Assembly: GCF_964355755.1 (NCBI RefSeq)
Contig: NC_092677.1
Location: forward strand, 23,361,175-23,425,174
Length of the DNA: 64,000 nt
Direction of reading: 5' to 3'
Source: Antedon mediterranea
Lineage: Eukaryota; Animalia; Echinodermata
The stretch's first letter is position 1, and each line of letters starts with the position of its first letter. The position numbers were made by a program, and so were the translations under genes. Below, one piece after another: positions 54,601-64,000 of this stretch. The notes under the pieces were generated by a model. The model was not told the DNA's origin and did not search any database. It was given only the letters and a program-made list of their open reading frames with translations.

Positions 54601-57600
54601 TACCTTAGTGATTTTTGTCTAATCCTAACCATTTCTTGCCTTTTCTTGGAAATGACTTCACGGATGCTTGTCCTCGGTGTGTTTGGAAAAAGCTTTCTGG
54701 TAAAATCTATGCCAAATAAATCAAAATGTGTTAATTGCATTCAAAAACTGCACAATGTCATAACAAAACCCCATAGTAAGTGTGCGGAACAGTTTGCATT
54801 TCAAAGTGATTCTTAATAAAAAACACACATTTTTCACAAAAAAATATTAGAGATGGGAAATGCATTCAAATTAATTCTGATAACATTTTTAAACAGTGTA
54901 AAATTTGTCTCCCCTGTATAACACAGTTTAAATTACCTGTAATAGCACCCAGTCGGATTGGGTCTAAAACTTGGCGCTGGAGGCCATCTCGATTCTTGGT
55001 GGCAGAGAAAGAGCAACGATACATCTCATCTGAATCGAAAAAATGGTTCACTAAAATTCTTGTGCACTTCGAAAAAGTTGAGCTTGATCTGCATTCAGAT
55101 TGAATGTGTTCCGGAATTTTCTGCAAAATTAAAATATGGTTGTCAGTTAATAAGTTATTCCACCTTCTTAAAACAAAATTACCACAATGACAGTAATTTT
55201 TAAATACTGAATAGAATTGTATGGCTTACAAATCAACACATACTGATAATAGTTAGTGCAAAACTTACTTTTAAGAAATCATCTATCTCTTTCTGCTGTC
55301 GAGATTTCTGAGGAGGGCCTGGGGTGCGATTTTCTATCTGTAAAATAATTTCATATACTGTGCTATCTCAAATATTTTGAAATCTTTTTATTAATCATAC
55401 AATCGGAATATAATACAAATCGGAGATTTTTTTTGGTAACAAAATACTTGTTCTCATATAAAATAACAACTTTAAATTTTGGTGGCCAAAATGTCAATAG
55501 TTTGAATGAAATTACCTTGGCATGCAAACTACTTATTTGTTCCTTCATCACCTTGTTGTCCTCCACAAGAAAGTTGACCTGGGTGCAGAGTTCCTTTACG
55601 GTTCGTAAAAGTGTGCTGTGCTCATTTGTGGATACTGGTGTTGTAAATGGAGAATTTGTTGATTGCTGCAAAGGTTTGTATGGTGTTGGTCGTAATGGTG
55701 CATTTGATGATGAAGGTAAAGGTGGAGATGAAGGTAAAGGTGGAGATGGTGATCGTCCAGATGACATTGATGTTGAAGTTGATGGTGCTGGCGACAGTTC
55801 TTGTGGAGGCTCTTGTGAAGGCGAGGGTTCTTGTGAAGGTGATATTTCTCTAAAAGGTGATGGTTCTCGGGAAGGGGAAGATGCTTGTGCTTGTGGTGAC
55901 TGTGATTTGGTGGCATTTGTTTGAAACAGCTTTCCACACATTGCAAAAGCAGTGCCTGCAACATCATCTCTTCTTTCTAAAATAAACATATAAAAATGCC
56001 TGAAGAGTTTTTTTTTAAATTAATTAAAATATATTTACTCATAAAATACAATAGAGTAATAAGATCAGAACATACCTTTTCTTTGTAATGCTACTGCTGC
56101 AAACAAATAAATAAAATATATATTCATTATAATAATATATTTGTGAATATTTTGGTGTAGAAAATACATACGACACATGACTGTAGAGGAATTGATATTG
56201 ATTATATTGTTCCATAGTATATTATATACAATTTATATAAAACTTACTCATATTTTTTGTCTTCTTTTCTTTGTTTTTGTCTGAAATTTTAGATAAATTT
56301 TGAAGTACCTTGGTTATTTTTTATTTACAGTATTCTGTCCTACTTATTTACAAGCTTGTCTTTTTCAAGAATTCAAATATTTTAAAACATTCAAGAAAGG
56401 TTTATAAATTCATTTAGCTTGGCATAATTAAGACAATAAAATAACATAGAAAAATACATCAAATTGCAAGTTGACTGTTCCAACTTAAACAATCTATAAT
56501 TTTACATTGCATATCTAACCTCATTTTGCGTTGCATTACTTAAAAGTTTGCCATAAGAATAAAAAAAGGATATTGTAAATTACTTAAAATTAATTGATAT
56601 CTTACCTTCCTTTTTCTTCGCTTTTCTCTTCTTTGATTTTTCTTCTGTGGACTCTAAAGAGTAAATTAAGAAATTGTTATCAAATGGAGGAAAACAAAAT
56701 ATGATTCACTTTAGCTAACCTTTCAGGGTATTTTATTTACATGTATAATGTATGTTATTCAATAATCACCAACTATCGGTGTCAGTGATCTATTAAATCA
56801 TCCAGCTAAGGTGTACTGTATGTTTTGTTGTATTGTATATTTACAGTAGGTTTTATCATATTGCTAAAAGATTAAGGCTACTAATTTAAATAATAGATTT
56901 TAAACCCATTTTTAATATTCTGAGAATGTTTTAACTTTTTTAAGATTTTATTTACTGTTTTTTGGCTGTTTCCCAATCATCAGCATTGCTAATTTAGGGC
57001 GCTTTCTCTATATAATCTATTATATAATCACTTTCCACTCGGGAAGTGAGCCTTTCACTTCCTTTGTTCTAGCATGCATCAATAGCCTTTTATATTTTTG
57101 CAACTGTGTTCTTAATTACTAATAACTTAATTACGTTTTAGTAAGTGGTTTTCGACTTAAAACGTAAATATTGAGTACTTTGCGTGCGGAGTGAGCAACA
57201 ATGGGCTGGGGCATTTTAGCCATACAAAAATCTTGCTGTAAATATCCTAAAGTGGTCGCTAATGAATTGCCATGATCAGTGGCGTATCCAGTAGGGGGAC
57301 GGGGGGGGGCGGCCTCCCCCCCCCCCCTGATTTCGTTTCCGTCGGCACATCATCGCGGCCGTCGGCAAACAAAGGTGCCGGGGAAAAAATTAAACTATTT
57401 ATTCTGACAATAATTGAACTGTAAACATAATTCTTTTGAGTGTTTGTTTATTTACATATCATATCATCATTGATCCCTTCAGATCAACTATTTTTTAATT
57501 TCATTACATCTAACGAAACACGTAAAAAATGTGTAGCACGTACGTACGCGGTAGATTGTTTACTCAAAAGTCTTTGACCTTTACCCTAAAACCTTGTTTT

Positions 57601-60600
57601 TGCATGCAGTTGAGCCTCTCATGACCTGGGATTTGTATGTCTTCCTACGCTAAGAGATTATATAGTTCCACATGCCATGTGCTTTTTTGTCTATATTTAT
57701 TATAAGTGCAAAAAACCCGGTTTTTTTTCTCGATATGAGGCCTTTATTATTCAAAATTTTTAAAGAAAAAGCACATATATCATAAAAAATATCCATGTAT
57801 TTCATTTTTGGAACAGAATATTCCGTGAGGCTCAACTACAAAACCACCATTTTGTGATATGATGTCATCGTAAGCCAATCAAAGCTGAGCTTTTTCGCGA
57901 TTGGCATTGCTCACGGTTGAATGATTTAAGATTCTAGCTGATTTGATTGGTGGATGCGAATCACCCGCAGCGGAATGTTTTCTCTCGCGCGTGTACCATG
58001 AATCTCTCTGATCGTTACTACACAAAGTTAGAGCAATGAATTTGTCCGAATTCCGTTAAGTAAACAACTTTATATATTTTATAAGCATTTAATAACATGT
58101 TTTATTGATATTTCCAATGGTGATATATAAAATAAATTACTAAAAAACGTAATTATATGTAATTATTTTAACCAAAAATGGCGTAGTTAATAGAATTGTC
58201 GACTGAGGCCGCAAATTGTTTTACTTCTTTCGTGGCTAAAAACGATCATTTTCGGCGATGTTTTAGACCCTATATTTCGAAAACTACAAATCAGATTTTC
58301 CTAATTCTTTCTTTATTGTAATATGAATACAACATACTAACAGATAATGTTGGTTTGGTTTTAATTTTGCATCGTTATCCCCGGATATAAGACAATATGA
58401 CTATATGTAATCCTTGATCAGAGACGTCGTGTATGTACACCAATTTTGTCGGCAAATTGGCAATTCCCGCCCCGCCCCCCCCCCCCCCCCCCACTTCAAA
58501 ATCCTGGATACGCCACCGGCCATGACTAAATATAACTTAAAAAATCCAAAGGATAAATTGAAAAATATACGCGACCGGCAAACGTAGTACCAAACGCACG
58601 GACAAACTGTATTCGTAAATAAAAATAAATTTGTTAAACCAATTTAAACGTCGAGCCTTTGTAACTTTTGTTCTATATTCGCGATACTATTCGCACGACA
58701 GGCTTTATACTGGGCATTAATTAGACTTGTAAACAACCCAACGAAAGTGACCGAAATTCGAACAAAGGGGCATCGCCAAACAAGAGTGCGTACCTAGTAA
58801 ATACTGTACACGCTTTGGTGCCTGTAACTTGATACAGCCCAGATCGACGCTTGAACCGCAAGAAAATGAGTCCGTGAGTTAAAGACGTTCACCTCCCTGT
58901 TTTACTATTGGTTAAAAGAACCATGTAGGCTGGTAATATTTTTGGACAAAATTATAAAAATCGTTTTTTTTTTTTAAATAATGATTCTTCACGACTACAT
59001 TTATAGTATAAATAATAATATATAACATAATAAAGTGTATGTGTGATCATTTTTATCACAATTTGAGAGGAAAATGCAATAAAATTAATTTATATATTTT
59101 AAAAGTATAGAACATTATGCGAGTATTTATATTATAATACAATATAATACATATATCAACAAAAATACGTAATTGCAATTAATTTTTCCGCGGTCGATAG
59201 CCGGCATGCATTAATCACAATCGCAATTACTACAAAATCCTACGTTGGATCATGGAGGTATTATACCTCCATGGTTGGATGGACACAACGCAATGACATG
59301 ATAATATTTGCATCGCTTAGGCCTAACCTATCTGACGGTACATTATAATTAGGACATTCGCATTAAACGCAAAATACGATTGTTTTGCTGATTCCTATCG
59401 CGCTAAGGGAGTGTCATTTCCGGCCAATTATATGCGTGAAATATAAACAGCAATAAATTTACCTTCATTTTTCTTGTCTTTTCTCTTCTTTGATTTTCCT
59501 CCTACAGACCCTAAAGAGTAAATTGTAAAAAATGTTTCAAATGAAGAAAATTGTTTGTATAAGTATTAATTATGTACAGTTTAGTGTGTATGAAATAATA
59601 CTAGAGCAATAATTAATTATGCCATACCTTTCGTTGTTGCAACTTCCGGGGCAACTTGTGTTTCTGTAGACCCTCAATTGTAAAAACAAGACATCGTTAT
59701 TTATACTACAGTACAGACAAATATATTTTAATATATATTAAAGTTTGATCAACCAATATAGCCAACATTTTAATTCAGCTGGTCACTCGATTGCAAATGT
59801 CAGAGTTATTTGCAATAGACCACGATGTCAAATGGATCGATAAAACTCGCAAAGACACATAGTTTCATTTGTTATCTATGACGATCTATTGTATAAAAAA
59901 TAACTCGTGTAAACTTAATAAATCAGATTTAAACACGGAAAAATACGATTTCAATAACGTAGACATTTTTTTTACACCCTCCCCTCTCTAAAAAATTCCA
60001 GCATGACGAGCAAACAAAAAAGACTTAATCACACATCATCAGCAATTGATATTAATAATCGTAATGCTGGTGGTAATTTATATTTATAATCACAAGTTTA
60101 CCATCATTTCTGTTATGTATAAAAATGATTAATTTATTAAATATTACATACCACTGTCCAGATTCTTTTTAGTGTCTGAAAAAAACAACATAATTAAGAA
60201 AATTGAATAATAGATTTTATCATTAGTATAGATGTGATGGCCGTTAAAAAACGTGGCACACAATGCGCGAATAGCCCATTTTTAACCACTGGAGTTTTGT
60301 GATATGAAATAAAGTTGGCACCCTTTTTGTATTAGGAGTCATGGAATTAATTACTGCATGACGAAACATCCATCAGGGATGTGTTATTATTAAGTGATCC
60401 ATGCACGTCACAAAAAGAGCATGTGTACAGTACATTAAAAAGTAAGATAGATAGTATGCATATCAATATGACTTAATACAATAATACAATTTTAGAGTTT
60501 CACAATAAGTGCTATAAGTACATGAACAAAAAAGAATACGGGATGGGATTGATGGACAAAACTACTACATCAACATACCTCCAACTCTAACAATTTCGCC

Positions 60601-63352
60601 TTCCCAACCTCGGCTTGGCAAGATTACTCGCGTCCCGACTGCAAATGCGGCAACATTTAGTTTTAATTTTTCCGCAATTTCTGGTTTTAAATCTGTGATG
60701 GTATTATCGTCCCACTCGACGCGACACCATTCTGTAAAAAAAGTTAATCTTTATTATCAATCATTTCTTTAGTATGCTAACAGTTAATATTAATAATTAC
60801 TTGTAAGAAGTTATACAAATTCATTTCTGTACCAAACTTAAATACTAATATGATCATAGAACAGAGAATTGTGTAATAATACAATAATCTGCATTTACTA
60901 GTGACTATAAAATAGCCTAAATATGTGTCTATGTCGCATGACATAATAAATAATTAGAAAAAAAATGACTAATTAATTCACCATGCCTTAACTTGAACAA
61001 CATAATTATATAAGCAACAATGCAAACTAAACCTACTTTAAGAAATTATGTGCAATATTTATCAAATTCTGCCTATTTATAAAATATAAGTTAATTGAAA
61101 ATCCTGCCAAAAGTTTTACTTACTTTTTTCTCCAGGAAACGTCATTAGGCTAATTTCTATATCTCACCGTCAATGTGTTACATGTATTGCTTGAGCTGAA
61201 CGAATGTATAAAAAATGTACACATTTGACATATAACCAATCGTATGCAGCCCCGGCCCCGTTATTGATCGTAATAACAAAAAAGGAATTAGATCAATTGT
61301 TTAATATAAGAGGCACGCCTAACCTTTTGTTTAGTGCAGGCGTGGTTGAAAGCGCTTAGAAAAAAAACACAAAGAATGTTGCAACGATTACTGTACGATA
61401 CTCATGATTCATAGTCATATTCTTTTAAACGGTTCAACTTTATTTAGTAGCCATTTTTAATTACTTAAAATAAAAATGTGTTGTACAGTCAGTGAATCAT
61501 ATAACGCATAAAATCAGTTGATTGTGATCGTGAATTAAATGTTGGTATGTCCCTATCATTTATAATGTCTCTGAGCCTCCATACTAAATAATCGGGTTGT
61601 GGTTACTACCAGTGACGTTTATAGCTCCATGAAACCGAGAGTAGCTGTTTTCTGACTTGTACAAACTATAAACATTTTTTTTGGTATACTTTTTAACAAT
61701 AATATTTTATAGCCTATGTATAAAATATACGAACATTATTAATAGTACTTCATTCATATTTAAAAAACAAAACCACAATAAATATCCGAATCGTCCGCAA
61801 GCCCTCCACTAAACAGAGCCTCGAGATTCAAACATTCTTGGCTTGGCATGGTATCAACGCTACAAAGAAAGAAGTCAAATACGCGACATTTACCGAAGGC
61901 CGCGCATACACACTATTTTATTGTTTTTTTATAGTATTATTATCCGACCTGTAACAGTAGGCCTAAAAATAGCCTGAGTAAACAGAAGCCATGGTCAAAT
62001 TGGTAACTAGGCCTTACGCAATCAATAATTTTATTATGTCAATAAATATATCGCTACTTTTCATGTAGGAGGCCTAACTGTTGTGAAATCCATGGAAAAT
62101 TCCCTTTATGGTTTGAGCCGATCGACGCGGTGATCGTTGTTGCTGCTACCCACGTTACAAAGACAGCTGCCTTATATAAGGCCGTATACGCTCAAATACG
62201 GCCGTATAACAGCCCGTATACGCTCATATACGGCCGTATACTAGACGATATACGGCCGTATACTAGACGATATACGGCCGTATACTAGACGGTATACGGC
62301 CGGATATGGGCCGTATATGAGCCCATATACGCTCGTATAAAACAATAACGTTTTGTATACAACGTATACGAACGGATGTAGTATACTAACATATATGAAA
62401 CATAGGTTGTTTTTTTGCAAAGGGCAGTTATATATATTTTATTTATATTAGTATTGATGATATAAGTTTTTTTTCTTTTTTCTAATTTACAAACTTTCTC
62501 ATTTACAAACTACTTTCAAACTTTACTCAATGATGTCATTACTACATTTTTTCCATTTCATTTTAAACTTATAGATTTGTGAAGAAAAAAACCTTAGTAG
62601 CAAAGGTATTTTAAGTTTAAAGTGAAGAGTATTAAACAAAACTAAATTGTTACTTTTTGATCCCAGTCCATATCTGAAATAGCTTTTTGATTTGCCAGTA
62701 ACTGGGCTCTAATTTCCTCCTCCATTTCTTTCTTCATTTTGTCAATATCTTTTTAAATAAATGATTAAAAGAATATAAGAAAAGCAGTATGGTGTAATAC
62801 TAAAGTTCTGTCTACACTATCAAACTAGTTTGACAAAAAAGGTGTGATGTGCCCAAATATGGTATACCCAAATATACAATGACATCATCAAGTTCATATA
62901 TGGGCACATCACACTTATTTTGCCACACTAGTTTTATAGTGTAGATAGAGCTTAATGCGCATACTGTATAATCTTTGAAAATAGGGCATATAGTCTAGTG
63001 GTGATATGTCTGTCCACATACCAATAGAAAAAAGTCCATTTGGAATAATATTGATTTTGAATTAAATTTAAGGGGTAAATATTTTTATTCAACTCAAATA
63101 TATGTATGTTAATAAACAACAAAAATACCTTCTTGACTCATTCCTACATTTTCTGGCATCATTCCTCCTGTTAGTGATTTCTTTAGTTTGTCATTTTCTT
63201 CACGTAATTCACGGATAAGTTTATCCATAGGATTCTCATTGACTACAGCCTTATTCTTAATCTTCTTTGCTCTGTCAGCGTATCGCAATGTACCAAGTGT
63301 CTCATCATAGTTGATATCAGCAGGTGACAAGGCTGCTATCATCACAGTTTTA
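26970..63352 (-). CDS. KIF28: Kinesin-3 family KIF28/KLP-6-like protein, from the end of the motor domain to the C-terminus; gene begins beyond the right edge
   Basis: In-frame GT-AG exons 63352-63129 ([33 protein letters not shown]), 62748-62654, 42732-42527 and 41993-41851 (FHA: [28 protein letters not shown]), 41111-40968, 40265-40118, 39305-39218, 38482-38312 (DPFWEP), 37779-37657, 36993-36724, 36500-36327, 35538-35410, 33627-33574, 33194-32985, then last exon 31118-31059 or 27128-26970. The tail exons are less certain than the rest. Confidence 0.88.
27875..28219. mobile_element. TTAA-flanked MITE (Kolobok-like), copy 2
   Basis: ttaa|agatgtattgtccc ... gggacaatacatct|ttaa. Confidence 0.82.
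29094..29437. repeat. 38-bp G-rich minisatellite, ~9 copies
   Basis: (gaggaggcaagtaggagggttgggagaggatgggggct)n. Confidence 0.95.
31340..32705. mobile_element. PIF/Harbinger-type non-autonomous element
   Basis: tta|aggctggtttcctgtcgacgtaa ... ttacgtcgacaggaaaccagcct|tta; 3-bp TTA TSD. Confidence 0.88.
34340..34500 (+). mobile_element. Short L2/CR1 3'-tail remnant
   Basis: tggaat...tttaaatctctcctcaaaacacacctc...gcgctata...(tta)n. Confidence 0.55.
37173..37642. repeat. 36-bp minisatellite, ~13 copies, intronic
   Basis: (gtgatgaactgctagacatggtaacactaaaggtca)n. Confidence 0.95.
38836..39272. repeat. 94-bp tandem repeat (~4.6 copies) made from a kinesin exon 3' half plus its donor site
   Basis: Units start at 38836, 38930, 39024, 39118 and 39212. 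Confidence 0.95.
41575..41770 (+). mobile_element. Decayed RTE-clade LINE 3' fragment
   Basis: Interrupted LRW..HILRK...G.PKVMWKD...GL....A.DRKKWR motif. Confidence 0.65.
42080..42265 (+). mobile_element. SINE 3' part, opposite orientation to the other copies
   Basis: gcactttaacgaacccagttcatc...atctgatagggcagtgatt...tactattggtaaaccttggcc. Confidence 0.6.
42985..43192. repeat. Left subterminal repeat array (CGTATACG / TATACGGCCGTATA)
   Basis: Perfect palindrome GTATACGGCCGTATAC at 43055-43070 plus many half-sites. Confidence 0.9.
45567..45625. repeat. (TTA)n microsatellite after AATAAA, possibly a retroelement tail
   Basis: Seen directly. Confidence 0.85.
45948..45982 (+). promoter_or_regulatory. 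Putative TATA + initiator promoter of the transposase
   Basis: TATATAAA at 45948, TCATT about 30 nt downstream, ATG at 46026. Confidence 0.5.
46026..54249 (+). CDS. CMC/EnSpm DDE transposase (TnpD-like), ~749 aa, 10 exons
   Basis: Exons 46026-46461, 46800-47019, 47136-47248, 50135-50391, 50499-50760, 50981-51178, 51374-51534, 51927-52033, 53284-53664 and 54135-54249 total 2250 nt, all GT-AG with no internal stop. Motifs: CxxC..Cxx[60 protein letters not shown]. Confidence 0.93.
48218..49351. mobile_element. Nested MITE in transposase intron 3
   Basis: ctatagg|tagggataccga ... tcgttatcccta|ctatagg (7-bp duplication). The interior is homologous to ~57590-58381. Confidence 0.72.
54199..61145 (-). 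CDS. Transposon accessory protein with a C-terminal BEN domain, ~469 aa, 13 exons
   Basis: Exons 61145-61124, 60731-60579, 60175-60152, 59672-59628, 59510-59463, 56653-56606, 56280-56248, 56096-56076, 55976-55516, 55337-55269, 55120-54937, 54706-54604 and 54397-54199 total 1410 nt in frame. BEN-like [20 protein letters not shown]...[18 protein letters not shown]...[11 protein letters not shown] follows a Ser/Pro tract and a coiled coil. The domain call is by eye. Confidence 0.82.
57277..58518. mobile_element. Nested hAT-type non-autonomous element in a BEN-gene intron
   Basis: gccatgat|cagtggcgtatccag ... ctggatacgccaccg|gccatgac; 8-bp TSD with one mismatch. Confidence 0.85.
62180..62390. 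repeat. Right subterminal repeat array
   Basis: 22-bp unit tatacggccgtatactagacga, ~3 copies, plus variants. Confidence 0.9.
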
Positions 63353-63499
63353 CTAAAGAAAATAGAATTTATTTAGTTTGTATATCAAAGCAAAACTTGT
63401 CAAACTCATCATTATTTTTCATAATAGTAAAAATAAAATATTTTAATTCAATTTCAATCAACTCATGCCTCTAATTGCAGGTCAATCAATCAATTAGAC

Positions 63500-63840
63500 T
63501 TATATGGCACTGGTATTCATAAAAATAATGTTCAAAGGCGCTTGACAAAGTTAATCAGGAAATGCAAGTGGGTTTTCAGTCGTATTTTAAAGGTGTTGCC
63601 GTTTTCTGATGTCTTTATTGGTAGTGTATTCCACAAAATGGGTGGTGCACAGGAAAATACATGATGACCATACGACTGCAGATTCCATTTAGGAACACGA
63701 AGGAGAAGTTTATCAGATGAACGCAATGTACGAGACGTAGTGTAATGTACAAGAAGATCAGCCATATCCTAAGGTGCAAGTCCATTTAGAGTTTTGTATA
63801 TTATGAGAAGCAGTTTGAATTTACTGCCAATGCAGAATGT
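63500..63840 (-). mobile_element. Decayed L2/CR1-group LINE 3' fragment
   Basis: FKLLLIIYKTLNGLAP / RTLRSSD..LRVPK..YG..FS..P.LWNTLP..FK..LKTHL with disruptions. Confidence 0.85.
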
Positions 63841-64000
63841 TTGCTTGTATTGTAGATATAGAATTATGATTTTTTCAGTATATGACATTGATGAATGGAT
63901 GTTCATTGAATTGTAAGCAAATTCATGGAAAAATTTCATTTGAAAATTTTGTTTAGCAAAATTGCTAATCAAACTGATTTTTTAGTCAAGAAACATAGTT

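Larger units (their letters stand above)
42949..62424 (+). mobile_element. Full-length CMC/EnSpm (CACTA-type) DNA transposon, 19,476 bp
   Basis: Perfect 33-bp TIR CCCTTTGCAAAAAAACAACCTATGTTTCATATA at both ends, CA 2-bp TSD, subterminal repeats and an internal transposase gene. Confidence 0.95.

Noticed and set aside
55433-55924. 163-aa plus-strand Gly/Asp ORF
   Set aside because: Antisense shadow of the Ser/Pro-rich BEN-gene exon.
42840-62617. Flanking ~90-bp direct repeats read as LTRs or a long TSD
   Set aside because: Diverged, not abutting the TIRs, and no retroelement genes. The real TSD is CA.

Overview
AT-rich, intron-rich animal genomic DNA; a marine invertebrate is my inference. 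Three host genes lie on the minus strand: the 5' part of AP1G1 (AP-1 gamma adaptin), a complete E2F4/5 gene with the family's U12 AT-AC intron, and the 3' part of a KIF28/KLP-6-type kinesin-3. The main result is an apparently complete 19.5-kb CMC/EnSpm (CACTA-type) DNA transposon (42949-62424) inside one kinesin intron. It has perfect 33-bp TIRs, a 2-bp CA target duplication and palindromic TATACGGCCGTATA subterminal arrays. It carries two genes that I could splice by hand into open frames: a 10-exon, ~749-aa DDE transposase (+) and a convergent 13-exon, ~469-aa BEN-domain protein (-). Their coding ends overlap by 51 bp. The kinesin has two candidate alternative last exons, each ending in a different CaaX prenylation motif (CTII and CLVM). 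Penelope-type minimal hammerhead remnants sit in the transposase introns. MITEs, HINEs, SINEs, LINE fragments and minisatellites are scattered throughout. All gene models are manual and lack transcript support.
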